Source: Chiloscyllium plagiosum (lineage: Eukaryota). From it: a stretch of DNA of 64,000 nucleotides. Position 1 is the stretch's first letter, and each line of letters opens with the position of its first letter. Below, piece after piece: positions 22,995 through 35,924 of the stretch. The translations under genes were made by a program, and so were the position numbers. The notes under the pieces were generated by a model that saw only the letters and a program-made list of their open reading frames with translations, was not told where the DNA came from and made no database searches. The stretch covers positions 776,184 to 840,183 of the forward strand of contig NW_025215381.1 in the NCBI RefSeq assembly GCF_004010195.1. The letters run 5' to 3'.

Positions 22995-25900
22995 TGTCGT
23001 GATTGTATTGCGGTTGGCCAGGTGGACTTCATAGAATCTGGGTTCCCTGATTGGGGCTGTTAACCAGGTCCAATCAGGGAGTCCTGGCCGACAGATATAA
23101 ACAGGAGTGGAGTGCATCATTTCTCCCTCCAATTCTATTTTGATTTAGTCCCTACCCTCCCCTTCACTGTATTGTCTGCACTTTTGTATGTAACGGTATT
23201 GTCTAATGTACAAATGTCATTGTCACTGTCTTGTTATATGTGGAACTGGGATTTGAGGTTTGTCCTCCTCTCCCTGTAAAATGGTTGAATGGTAGGGTTC
23301 GGGGCCTAGCCTTGCTGCTCCTCTCCCTTGTAAAATTGCTGTCTTTTGTGTACAGCTGTCAATGTTTTTTGTAAACTGGTTTGTAATTTGTTTAATAAAA
23401 TAATATAACCAGGAAAAAAAAAGTTTGTCACTGGCCACCCGGGTGTTTTCCTATCTTCCCGGTGGTAGAAATTGAATAAAGATTTGTGCACTTTGTGTCT
23501 TCCACTGTGTCTCACACCTGCACACACACACCATGGGTGCTGGGGATAAAATAAGCACTACCGCACTTAGGTGGTAGTGTGGGGGAAGAAAAAAAAATAT
23601 AACCAGGAGGTATAAAATAAGCTCTACCGCACTTAGGTGGTAGTGTGGGGGAAAAAAAAAAAACAGGAGTGGAGTGCATCATTTCTCCCTCCAACTCTAT
23701 TTTGATTTAGTCCCTACCCTCCCCTTCACTGTTTTGATCACACAGCACTGCCCTTTGATGTGAAGGGCAGTGCTTGTCACTGGCCACCCGGGTGTTTTCC
23801 TATCTTCCTGGTGGTGGAATTTGAATAAAGATTCGTGCACTTTGTGTCTTCCACTGTGTCTCACACCTGCGCACACACACACCATGGGTGCTGGGGATAA
23901 AATAAGCACTACCGCACTTAGGTGGTAGTGTGGGGGTTAAAAAAGAAAGGGGAAAAAAAAAGAAGAAAAAATAAATAAATAAACAGGAGTGTCAGAGGTT
24001 CTGTTCACTCTGAGAGCTGGTTCTGTGAAAGCTGGACCAGTGTCAGTTCCTCCACATGGTAAATGATGGGATACCAGCAGCTATGGAGTTATTTCAGTGG
24101 CAACAAGAGGAATAATATGTCCCTGAAGAAATTTGCTCACAAAAGTCATCTTTGAGTTGGGTAAGCATTTCTGACAGCATGCTTTTATTTGGAAAGATTG
24201 ACTCATTCAATCCTGCCATCAAAGACTTGGCCCAGTATGAGGAGAGAATGTTATTTTTTCTGGGCAAATGACATTGAGGCAAATGAAAACAAATGACAAC
24301 TTGTGGACCACAGTTCTTTTTCGGTTATTAATAGCCTAACATTTCCCAGACACAAGATACGAAAACCTTTGAAGAGTTGAAGGATTTAGTTAAGGAAAAA
24401 TCCGACTCCAAACCTCTTCTAAGTCTGAGATGCTCTCAGTTTTACTTGGCAGTTCAGGAACCAGGGGAATCCATGTCGGAACTTTGCTAGAGGCATGTGA
24501 CTTTGGTTTAATACTTAATGAGTTGTTGAGAGGCTGTTTGGTATGTGAGATTAATGAATTGCCCATTGCACCTATAAGCTGAAACTCAGCTGGACTTCAA
24601 TCAGGCACTCCAAACTGGCTTTGTCATGAGGAAATGTGGCAGGTGGAACATATGAGTTGCAGGGTTTTCCGACGGAAGTGGACACCTTGGCTAGGCTGAC
24701 TGAGCTTGGGTAACACCATTTGAGTGAAGGTAATTGCACATCCTGAACAGAGGGACCCTAGGTCAGCCCACAGCAAAACCCTAAAACAAAGCCAAGCCTT
24801 GGCCAAACGGTTAACATTTTCTAAAGGTCCAGGCCAGCAAGCCACTGTAGTTACTGCTGGTGTGTGGAATTGTGACAGTAAAAGAATCCCACTCAGCCTG
24901 AATTGAGTAAGAGAACTCATAGATGGTGCATACACCCTGGAAAGCCCACTATGTCTGGCTTGGAACAATTAAGTTGCTTTGCAACATCTAAATCAGAACT
25001 AATCAAAATAAAAGTTTGGTTAAATGGTCACCTGGTTCTAATGGAGGTTGATACCAGCACGGCCATTTTAGTTATCGCAGAAATCAGTCTTTAACAAAAT
25101 TCACTCTGGACTCCAATCATTAAATTTGCGCAAAACTTCGGCTTGACTGAGCACCTATATTGGGAAACCTTTACGGATTAAGGTTACAACTCTGGTTTCA
25201 GTCTCGTATGAGAAGCAGCCGGTTCAGTTCCCACTGATTTTAGTAAAAGGCTCAGGCCCAAGCCTGATGGAGTGAAATCGGTTGAGAAACATTTTACTTA
25301 ATTGGCTCAGTAATTTGATTAGAAAATGGCTGCCTGACTGAACTCCTAACTAAACGACCTGGAAGTTTCTCAGGAAGGTCTGGGGACCAGTAAAGGAGCC
25401 AAGACCACCTTGCATGTTGACCAGGAAGCAATTCCACGATTCTGCAAGCCCTGCCCAGTGCCATTTGCCTTATGTGCAAAATTAGCAGCAATCATCAGGA
25501 AACTGGAAAGTGAAGGAATCATCAAATCAGCTGCCAGTTTGCAGAGTAGGCAGCACCAGTCATACTGATGGTGAATATCTGACAGGTTCACCTTTTATGG
25601 GCTTTTAAACAAATGGTAAATCACCTTTCACAGCTGGATAAATAACCAATCCTTCACATAGAGGACTCATATGCAAAGCTGATGGGTTGGCGGAGGTGCT
25701 GTCCTTCACAAAGCTGGCCATAAGCCATGCGTACATGCAATTGCAGTTAGATGAGGATTCCCAGAGGTCTGCTACAATTAATATCCACAAGGGTTTGTAC
25801 CAATATGAGACTGCCATTTGGAGTATAATCAGTGGACGAAGGAGAACATTTTACAAGGTCTACCCCAGGTTGCCATTTATTTGGATGATGTACTAAAAAC

Positions 25901-28063
25901 CAGGAAGACCAAGAATGGGCATTTAGAAAACTAGGACACAGTGTTCAAACATTTCTCCAATGTGGGAATATGTCTTGGGTGCCTGGAACACCCATTTTCC
26001 CTCCTAAGTGCCTCAGTCACCAAACCTGGATTACACCTGTTGGAAGATAAAGTGAGGGCAATCAAAGGTACACCAGCTCCCAAGTCTGTACCAGAACTTA
26101 GGTCTTTCCTTGGATTATTGAATTAATTTGGAAAGTTAGTACGTAACTTAGCCTCCATCCTGGCCTGTTTACATCGGCTATTGAAAAAGGGTCAGCCTTG
26201 GTATCCAAGACATAGCCTTTAGGGAAATGAAGAAGCAGATATTATTGCCTAAGGTGTTGGCACATTATGACCCCATGTGAGGACATGCAATGCCCCCCTC
26301 ATGCAATATCGGGGTAGTGTGAGCCCAATGGAGAGGAATCTTCAAAAGCTTATGCTCCTGGACTTTGGCTGATGCAGAGTGCAAATACACCGAGTTCAGG
26401 AAGGAAGGTTGGGGTGTCATCTTTGGTGTGAGGAAGTTTCACCAACATCTTGATGGACGTAAATTTGTAATAGTAACGTACCACAAATGCCTGCTCGGGC
26501 TATTCAAAGAGGGCAAGGCCGTGCCGGCCATAGCTTCAGGTCAAATTCAGTGGTGAGCTCTCATTCTAAGTGCATGCAATTACAAGTTGGAACACCATCC
26601 AGGAGGTCTGGTTGCAAATATGGGTGCCTTCAGCTGCCTCCCACTGACTGATACACCACTAGTGGTTCTGCCTGGAAGAGTCTGTGCTGGTTTCAAACTT
26701 TCTGGGCAGACTTCCAGTCATTGGTGACAATATCAGACAGTGGATGCAAAAAGGTCCTGCCTGGCAAATCTAAAGTGGAAAACAAAAGAGCCATCACAAC
26801 CAGAACTGAAACCTTTCTGGACCTGGCAAGTCTGGATCATTGTAGAGAATGACAACATCTCCCTCATTTGTAGGAATGGAAGGGTAAACCCTGGAGTCAG
26901 TTACCTGTCAACTATGCTGGTCCTTTCATGAGGTCTATGGTTTTAGTCATTGTGGATGCCCACTCAAAGTAGTTGGACATGCACAAAGTTAGTTCATCAA
27001 ACATGGAAACTATGATTGAAAGACTGTGAGCATCTTTTGCAATGCGTGGACTCCTGGAAATATTGGACGATGTGTCATCATGTACAAGCAGGGAATTCCA
27101 GTATTTCCTAAAGTCATATGGCATTTGGCATCCAAGGACAGCTCCATATCATTCACCATCTAACAGTCCTATGGAAAGAGCAGTCCAAACTTTGAAGGCA
27201 GGCTTAAGGAAACAGCTTCACTCGATACCAAACAGTCCCACTCTTAATAGATTATCGGATCACCCCTCATGCAACTACAGGGATAGTTTCAGTATAGATG
27301 CTCAGGGGAAGTAGACTTCACACCAGATTAAATCTGATTTTACTGGAGTAGGGTTGGGGGGATGTGTGGGCATGAAAAGCTCTCAGGAGTGCCAACACCA
27401 GACACAAGACTCCTCCAAGCAAGAGAGACAAGGGACAAGGCTTGGTGCCGAAACCAGGGAAATTACCCTGCGTGGGTAAGGTCAACGTGAGGTCAGGTCC
27501 TGTGACATACAAAGTGAGGTGGTCCTGCACAAGCACGCGGACCACATGAGAGCTGCAAACTCACAAACAGGTCAGGAGCAAACATACCTGGTCCTTCAGA
27601 ACTGCTGGAAAGATTCTCAGAACCTATGGGTCCTCCCCCTCTATCTAGTGTCAAAGGAAGCTCAGAATCTGAGATGGACAATGTGGACATTGCAGCCTCG
27701 ACACCTGAATTTAATTTCTTCTGAGACGCCCTGGGCACAAGAGGTGAGCTACAGTCCAGCACACACCACCACCACCCACATACTAGACAGAGCTGGAGGA
27801 ACAGGACCCAGTGTGAAAATGCACCAAGAGCAGCTTCAACACAAAGAACACGTCTGCATCCCCAGACTTCGCAGGGGAGGGATGTCATAATTGTAACAAG
27901 GTCAGCCAAGTGGACCTCACAGAATATGAGTTCCCTGATTGGGGCTGTTAATCTGGACCTGTTCAGTCTGAGACCTGGCTCTGAGGAAGCTGAAACAGTG
28001 TCAAGTATAATGCACAGTAAATAAAGGGTGGCTTGGTGACAGATTTGTCTGGAGGTGATTTCA
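22995..28063 (+). mobile_element. Full-length decayed Gypsy (Mag-like) LTR retrotransposon; 5' LTR 22995-24096 (with insertion), 3' LTR 27883-28063
   Basis: Both LTRs begin TGTC.T.ATTGTA, share GTTCCCTGATTGGGGCTGTTAA and end ATTTCA. PBS-like TGGCAACAAGAGGA at 24098; PPT AGGGGAGGGA; flanks CACCC/CTCCC. Internal protease (MEVDTSTA), RT (SHAYMQLQLDEDSQ..TINIHKGLYQY), RNase H and integrase (RTAPYHSPSN.MERAVQTLK) remnants. Confidence 0.9.
23110..23978 (+). mobile_element. Compound Tx1-like LINE 3'-end insertion within the Gypsy 5' LTR
   Basis: Two units start GAGTGCATCATTTCTCCCTCCAA; A-rich tails; 13-bp direct repeat ATAAACAGGAGTG at 23097-23109 and 23979-23991. Confidence 0.8.
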
Positions 28064-28195
28064 CTCCCGCTCTCACAAAGACAGACAGACAAATTGATAC
28101 GGTTAAAGGATAAATCCAAAGAAAATTAAAAGAGAAGTAAGTTTACTTCAGTAGTTTCCACTGTCTGTAATACCAGAGGCACATAGGATTCTATC

Positions 28196-28419
28196 AAGAT
28201 TAGAGTGGTGCTGGAAAAGCACAGCAGGTCAGGCAGCATCCAAGGAGCAGGAAAATCAACATTTTGGGCAGGAGCCCTTCATCAGGAATTCTTGATGAAG
28301 GGATCCTGCCCGAAATGTCGATTTTCCTGCTCCTCGGATGCTGCCTGACCTGATGTGCTTTTCCAGAGTCACACTAATCTTACTCTAATCTCCAGCATCT
28401 GCAGTCCTCACTTTCACCT
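28196..28419. mobile_element. Palindromic PLE-terminus insertion with two degenerate hammerhead cores
   Basis: Inverted arms centred on GAATTC (~28287-28292); direct repeat ACAT(A/G)GGATTCTATC at 28181-28195 and 28420-28434. Confidence 0.85.
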
Positions 28420-28889
28420 ACATGGGATTCTATCTTCATTGGTTTCCAAAGACACAACTAAATAGAAATAGCTTCCAGTCGACTCAAAGGAATATTCACT
28501 TCATACTTACAACTGCGATTCTATTCTCCAAAATGATAAAGGGAGGACAACAAGAGAGCGAGATCAGATCTCCTTCCTGCAGCTTTAGCAGCCATAATCC
28601 TTCCGACAAAAAACATACCTCAAAACCAATCCAACCTTTAGCTTCTCCTTTTTTTCTTTTCAATGTTCTCTTGTTTGGAGTGCTGTGCACCAGCCCTCCC
28701 TATGAGGGCCACTGTTAACACTCAAACATCTGCTATCTGTTCAAACATCATGCATCTCAGAATTGAAAGGTCTAGACTTTTTTGAACAAGAAGTTAACGT
28801 CGCAATTAACGTCTAGGCCTGGCCTCACAAACAAATATCTGTTTGTTTGTTATCTTTTCTTACAACAAGCTGCTGCTTACTGATCAAAG

Positions 28890-30801
28890 TAGACAGGCAA
28901 GAGACTGGAAGAACACAGCAGGCCAGGCAGCATCAGGAGGTGGAGAAGCCAACATTTCGGCCCTTCTTCAGGACTGGGGGTTGGGGTAAGGGGAGCTGCA
29001 GGTAAAGGGGGTGGCGGGGCAGGCTGGTGAAGTGGGGATAGGTGAAGACAGGTAGAGAGTATGACTTGGTTGGTCAATGGGCGGAATGAATCCAGCTGGT
29101 GGGAGGGAGGAGAGAAAGAGTGGGGGAGGGGCTGCAAAGGGAGTCAAGGAAAGGAAAGGGAGGTTATTTGAAATTGGAGAACTCAGTGTTGAGTCCTCTG
29201 GGTTGTTGGCTGCCCAGGCGGAAGATGAAGTGTTGTTCTTCCAATTTGCAGTGTGGTTCGTTGTGGCATTGGAAGGGGCCATGGATGGTCATGTCAGAAA
29301 GAGAGTGGGAAGGGGAATTAAAATGGGCAATGACTGGGAGGTCTGGACAGCGCCTGTGGAACCGGTTGAGATGCTCGGTAAGACATTCCCTAAGTTTACA
29401 TTCTGTCTCCCTGATGTAGAGAAGACCACATCGGGAGCACCTGATGCAATAAAATAGGTTGGAAGAGAGGCAGGTGAACCTCTTTCACACCTGTCCGGTT
29501 GCTGGGGAAGGTACCTGGGGGTTCGGTTGGGAGTGGGGGTGCAGGGAGGGCTGGTTGGTAGGCAGAGTGGCGTGAACCAAGAACTGTTGAAAGGAATGGT
29601 CCTTGCAGAAGGCAGAGAGCAGCAGGGCGGGGAAGAGGTTCTGGGTGATGGGATCTAGTTGGGGTTGGCGGAGGTGCTTAAGGATAATGCATTGGATGTG
29701 GAGACTGGTGGGGTGGTCGGTGAGGTCAAGAGGGACCTCCATTTCCCATTCCACTCCTATAGCCCCCCCCAACGCAATAAAGACAGAGTACCCTTGAGCT
29801 CACCTACCCTGCACCAGTCTCAGTGTCCAACACATCATCCTTAAACACTTCCGGGTAAAAACAATGACTGCAGATGCTGGAAACCAGATTCTGCCCGAAA
29901 CGTCGATTTCCCTGCTCCTCAGATGCTGCCTGAACTGCTGTGCTTTTCCAGAACCACTCTAATCCCTAAACACTTCTGCCAACTCCAACTAGAATCCACC
30001 CCCAAGAACATCTCCCACTCCCCACCCTTCTCTGCCTTCTGCAAGTCCTTGGTTTGTGCCACTCTACTCATCAACACCCCCGAACCCCAGGTACCATCCT
30101 TGCAACCGGACATGATGCAAAACCTGTTGGTACACCACCCCGCTCACCTCCAACCAGGGTCCCAAACAGTCCTTCCAGGTGAGACAGAGGTTCACCTTCC
30201 TCTCTTCCAACCTAAGTTACTGTATCAGATGCTCCCGATTGGGTCTTCTCTCCATCAAGGAGACCGAGCCTAAACGTCAGGTTCACCAAGCAGGGACCAA
30301 CTGGACTTCCCAGTCACCACCATTTTAATTCCCCTTCCCACTCCCTTTCCAACATGACCATCCTTGGCCTCCTCCATTGCCACAATGAACCAAATCACAA
30401 ATTGGAGGAACAACACCTCATCTTCTGCCTGGGCAGCCTACAGCCCAGGGGACTCAACAATGAGTTCTCCAATTTCAAGTAACCTTTCTCTCTCATCCCC
30501 CAACTCCCTTTGCAGCCCCTCCCCCTCCCTTTCTCTCCTCCCTGCCACAAACTGGATTCACTTCCTCCCATTGACCAACCAGGACATACCCTCTACCTGT
30601 GTTCACCTATCCCCACTTCATCACCCTGCCTCCCGCCTCCCCCTTTATCTACAGCTGCCCCTACACCCACCACCAGTCCTGAAGAAGGGTTACACTTGAA
30701 ATGTTGACTGCTCCACCTTCCTGAGATGCTGCCTGGCTTGCCGAGTTCTTCCGGTCTCCTACGGTCTACTTTGGATTCCAGCATCTTCAGTTTCTTTGTC
30801 A
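28890..30801. mobile_element. Inverted (head-to-head) Penelope-like insertion, ~1.9 kb
   Basis: Minus-strand PLE 3' part at 28890-29745 mirrors the plus-strand part at ~29750-30801 (KLEEQHLIFCLG-type GIY-YIG end). Direct repeat CTTAC(T/A)GATCAAAG at 28876-28889 and 30802-30815. Confidence 0.85.
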
Positions 30802-31044
30802 CTTACAGATCAAAGGCTACCTTCAGCACTCAGCTCTGAACCAAAAATGGTTAAAATTAAAAAAAAGAGGGTTCTGACACTGCCTTCCTGAAAGGGAGAA
30901 AACACAAATATGTCGTCATCCAGATTTCAATCTTTTTAACAATCATGTTTTCAGTCTGAGATACTCACGAGAGATTACAAATTCAATTTGGAGAGCACTT
31001 TTTCTCTGAAGTTATTTGACATCTCATCAAGTGTGACATTCCAG

Positions 31045-31045
<1 letters not shown>

Positions 31046-31084
<39 letters not shown>
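31046..31084. repeat. (CT)n microsatellite
   Basis: Visible directly. Confidence 0.95.
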
Positions 31085-31086
<2 letters not shown>

Positions 31087-31309
31087 GGCAGCCACTGAAT
31101 TATTGCATCTCCGTTCAACTAGAACTAGTCTGACAATTAGGGCTAGACCACTCATGAGAGATATTAGGAAGCATTTCAACATACAAGGGATTGTAGGTTT
31201 TTCTAACTCTCTGACACAAACTGCAGTGGATGCAAAATCAGTTGTCAAGTTTAAATCTGAACTATACATGTTTTTTTTAAGCAAAAGGCATTAAGGGATA
31301 TGGACGGAT

Positions 31310-33245
31310 GGGAGCTCCAATATATGGGGTCAGGTGCAACCCTCCAGTCCCTCCACTCCAACCTCGACCTCACCATCAAACCAGCGGGCAAGGGGGTGCA
31401 GTGGGAGTTTGGCTCACTGACCTCTACACTGCTGAAGCCAGGCACTAACTCAAAGACACCTCCTCCTACCACCCCCTTGACCATGAACCCAACCCCCAAC
31501 ACCAAACCATCATCTCCCAGACCATACACAACCTCATTTCTTCAGGGGATCCCCCACCCACAGCTTCTAACCTCATAGCTCGGGAACCCCACACTGCCTG
31601 GTTCTACCTCCTACCCAAGATCCACAAGCCTGACTACCTCAGCCGACCCATGGTCTCAGCCTGTTCCTCCCCACAAATTCATCTCCACCTACCTATCCCT
31701 CCAGTCCAGGAACTCCCCACATACGTTTGAGACACCACCCACACCTCCACCTCCTCCAAGATTTCCGTTTCCCCGGTCCCCATCGCCTCATCTTCACCAT
31801 GGATATCCAATCCCTTTACACCTCCATCCGCCATGACCAGGGCCTCCAAGCCCTCTGTTTCTTCCTCTCCTGACNNNNNNNNNNNNNNNNNNNNNNNNNN
31901 NNNNNNNNNNNNNNNNNNNNNNNNNNNNNNNNNNNNNNNNNNNNNNNNNNNNNNNNNNNNNNNNNNNNNNNNNNNNNNNNNNNNNNNNNNNNNNNNNNNN
32001 NNNNNNNNNNNNNNNNNNNNNNNNNNNNNNNNNNNNNNNNNNNNNNNNNNNNNNNNNNNNNNNNNNNNNNNNNNNNNNNNNNNNNNNNNNNNNNNNNNNN
32101 NNNNNNNNNNNNNNNNNNNNNNNNNNNNNNNNNNNNNNNNNNNNNNNNNNNNNNNNNNNNNNNNNNNNNNNNNNNNNNNNNNNNNNNNNNNNNNNNNNNN
32201 NNNNNNNNNNNNNNNNNNNNNNNNNNNNNNNNNNNNNNNNNNNNNNNNNNNNNNNNNNNNNNNNNNNNNNNNNNNNNNNNNNNNNNNNNNNNNNNNNNNN
32301 NNNNNNNNNNNNNNNNNNNNNNNNNNNNNNNNNNNNNNNNNNNNNNNNNNNNNNNNNNNNNNNNNNNNNNNNNNNNNNNNNNACATTTCCGCCACCTCCA
32401 AACGGACCCCACCACCAGGGATATATTTCCCTCCCCACCCCTTTCCACCTTCCGCAAAGACCGTTCCCTCCGTGACTACCTAGTCAGGTCCACGACCCCC
32501 TACAACCCACCCTCCCATTCTGGCACCTTCCCCTGCCACCGCAGGAATTGCAAAACCTGCGCCCACACCTCCTCCCTCACCTCCATCCAAGGCCCTAAAG
32601 GAGCCTTCCACATCCATCAAAGTTTCACCTGCACATTCACCAATATCATTTATTGTCGCTCCTGATGCGGTCTCCTCTGACACTGGGGAGACCGAACACC
32701 TTCTCGCAGAACGCCTCAGAGAATATCTCTGGGACACCCACACCAACGAACCCCACCACCCCGTGGCCGAACATTTCAACTCTGTGGAGGACATGCAGGT
32801 CGTGGGCCTCCTCCATCGGCACTCCGTCACCACCCGACGCCTCGAGGAAGAACGCCTCACCTTCCACCCTTCAACCCCAGGCATCAGTGTGGACTTCACC
32901 AGTTTCCTCATTTCCTCTCCCTCCCACCTTACACCTTCCAGCTCGGCACCGTCCTCATGACCTGTCCCACCTGTCAATCTTGCTTCCCACCTACCGCTCC
33001 ACCCTCCTCTCCAACCTAACACCTTCCTCCCCACCTCCATCCACCTATTGCACTCTCACCAACCTTCTCTTCAGCCTTAACCCCCTCCCATTTATCTCTC
33101 CACCCCCGAGGCTCCCAGCCTCATTCCTGATGAAGGGCTCAGGCCCAAAACGTTGATTTTCCTGCTCCTTGGATGCTGCCTGCCCTGCTGTGCTTTTCCA
33201 GCAACACACTATCAACTCTGATCTGCAGCATCTGCAGCCCTCGCT
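31310..33245 (+). mobile_element. Penelope-like element (RT and GIY-YIG remnants, hammerhead terminus) spanning an N gap
   Basis: FYLLPKIHKP..RPMVS at ~31600; FTMDIQSLYTSI at ~31790; AEHFNS near 32765; CTGATGAagggctcaggccc at 33127. Confidence 0.88.
31875..32382. other. Assembly gap (N run)
   Basis: Run of n characters. Confidence 1.
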
Positions 33246-33429
33246 GTCCCTCAAGTGACAGATCAGCCATCTTCTCATTGAATAGTAAAACAGAATGGGG
33301 CTACTCCTGTTCCTCTGTATGTCCTTTTTAAAAACAACATGATTTAATTAATGTTTGAGATGTCAATAAGTAATATTTGGTCATGCATGTTTTTACGACT
33401 TCACTTTGCTGGTAAGGACATCCACTCAT

Positions 33430-33930
33430 TTCATAGAACATCGAAATAGATGCAGGAGTAGGTCACTCAACCCTTTGAGCCTGCACCACCATTCAATAGG
33501 ATCATGGCTGAATGTGCAATCCCAGTCCCACCTTCTCTCCATATACCTTGTACCCTTTAGCCACAAGGGCTACATCCAGCTCCCTCTTGAATCTACCTAA
33601 TGAACTGGCCACAACAGCTTCCTGTGGGAGAGAATTCCACAGGTTCACATCTCTCTGAGTGAAGAAATTCTTCCTCATCTCAGTCTTGAATGGCTTACCC
33701 CTCATTCTTAGGCTGTGATGCCTAAGTTCAGGACTTCCCCGACAATGGAAACATTCTTCCTGCATCTAACGTGTCCAGCCCCGTCAGCACTTTATATGTG
33801 TCTATGAGATCTCCCCCCCCAATTCTTCTAAATTCCAACACATACAAGCCCATCAATCCAGTCTTTAGTCAAATGTCAGTCCTGTCAACACGTGCATCGG
33901 TCTGTGAACCTTCACTGGATTCCCTCGATA
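33430..33930 (-). mobile_element. CR1 LINE 3' fragment
   Basis: MRKNFFTQRDVNLWNSLPQEAV in ORF 33502..33765. Confidence 0.85.
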
Positions 33931-34087
33931 GCAAGAATCATGCAGTTACCCAAGGCCCACCTAATGGATCTTAGGCTGTGTTCTGAGATCTCATTCACTT
34001 TATACTTATTTGGAAGCTGCCATCCTCTGCACATGTTACATTGTACTCTTCACTTACCGGATCCTTTGCACCAGCCTGCCAGCATTG

Positions 34088-34545
34088 TTTTTTTTTTCTT
34101 TTTATAAATATTTTTATTGAAAAGTTTTTAAAAATCTTTTACAAAACATTTAGAACAAGGCCATAACATAGTACCATTGTTACTAAACAACCCATTATTC
34201 TACCAAACCAAACCCACCTACTTCACTGAAACTAAACTACAAACATATTGAATAAATACTAGCTTAAATTACATTTAAGTTACTTAGATTATATAGTGTC
34301 TTCCTATTTTATTCTGTCTTACTCATCACACCTCCACTGAGGCTCCCATCCCTGGGAGTACCCCCTCCAGTACCCATATTCTTTTCCGTCCAGTCTCCTC
34401 CTCCCAGGGCCCCACGCGCGCCCATAAAGGTTCGCACGGCTATACCACGGCCCTGGCTAATATTGCCGACTAATTAATGACAATATAATTAAAAACGGCC
34501 GCCACACCCTATAAAACTGCTCCGTTTTGTGGTGTACTATATTTG
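34088..34545 (-). mobile_element. L1-like LINE 3' end
   Basis: Minus strand reads KTEQFYRVWRPF, then a UTR, AATAAA and a poly(A) tail. Confidence 0.65.
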
Positions 34546-34556
34546 TGAGGTAATTC

Positions 34557-34871
34557 TAGATTACTTACAGTGTGGAAACAGGCCCTTCGGCCCAACAAGT
34601 CCACACCGACCCTCAAAAGAGCAACTCACCCAGACCTATTCCCCTACATTTACCCCTTCACCTAACACTACGGGCAATTTAGCATGGCCAATTCACCCTA
34701 ACCTGCACATCTTTGGAGTGTGGGAGGAAACCGGAGCATCCGGAGGAAACCCACGCAGACACGTGGAGAACGTGCAAACTCCACCCAGACAGTTGCCTGA
34801 GGCGGGAATTGAACCCGGGTGCTCTGGCGCTGTGAGACAGCAGTGCTAACCACTGTGCCACCGTGCCACCC
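34557..34871 (-). mobile_element. HE1-like SINE
   Basis: Family match within the window. Confidence 0.92.
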
Positions 34872-35322
34872 ATGCTCCATCACCAGCTTATGCCACCCTG
34901 TAAGACTTGAGCATCGGTTTTGAGTGCAGAAGAAAAGGCAGCTTGTGATGGTAGGGAGCACTGACAATCTCTCAATTAGATACAGTGTGAGACAAGTTCA
35001 TGTGCAGCACTCCACTACATCAATGTTAGAGCTGCAGCACATGCCAAGGGTTTATATAGCAAGTAAGTTCTTCAAGCAAATGGCAATGTCTGAAAGTCAA
35101 AAGGGAGCAGTCCTTAGTGGGATGAAAGGGTCCTACAGTCAGTCAGGGAGCACAGCCACATTCAGTCAATGGGCTAGTCTGATTCCAGGCTGCAGGGTTG
35201 GCCACAATCAGTCAGGTGTTTGGTCTTCCCAGGGTCCGGGAATTGCAGTCTGGGGATTGGACCAAGGTCAGTCCTGCAGGTCAAGTGCAGACAATCTGGG
35301 AATTACAGATAACTCAGTTGGT

Positions 35323-35593
35323 AGAAAGTGAGGACTGCAAATGCTGGAGATCAGAGTCAAAAAGTGCAGTGCTGGAAAAGCACAGGCCGGTCAGGCAGCA
35401 TCCGAGGAGCAGGAGAGTCGATGTTTCGAGCCTAAGCTCTTCACCAGGGACCACAGCAACCTCGGTTTGTATCTGAGTCACAGAAATGGGCATCCTTCCA
35501 CATCCCTGTTGAAGGGCTTATGCTTGAAACGTTGACTCTCCTGCTCCTCGGATGCTGCCTGACCGGCCTGTGCTTTTCCAGCACCACAGTTTT
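35323..35593. mobile_element. Palindromic PLE-terminus insertion with degenerate hammerhead cores
   Basis: Inverted arms around a ~55-nt spacer; direct repeat TAACTCAG(T/G)TGGT at 35310-35322 and 35594-35606. Confidence 0.82.
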
Positions 35594-35924
35594 TAACTCA
35601 GGTGGTGTATAACTGAGACATCAATCCAGGGTGGTAGGCCAATGTTTCCTGCAATGAGACATTGGGATGAATTGAATACAATTGAAATGGATGGAAGAGC
35701 ATTTAGTGATGATGCTTGAGCAGTCGGGGTACTGAGGTGTCCCCAGCGAGTGAGTAGGAAGTACAGAGAGCAGGAAGTGGTTTAGAAGGATGGAGTGGAC
35801 AAAAGCTACAGAGTGGACATGATCCACCGGATAGATTTGTGGATCGTGAGCCTTGGCGAGAGATGTGTCAGTGAGAAAATGAGTGGGTATAAGGTAGTGG
35901 AGAGAAGGTGATAACACTTAACTT

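Noticed and set aside
31679..32483. ORFs of 213-240 aa
   Set aside because: Mostly X residues from the assembly gap.
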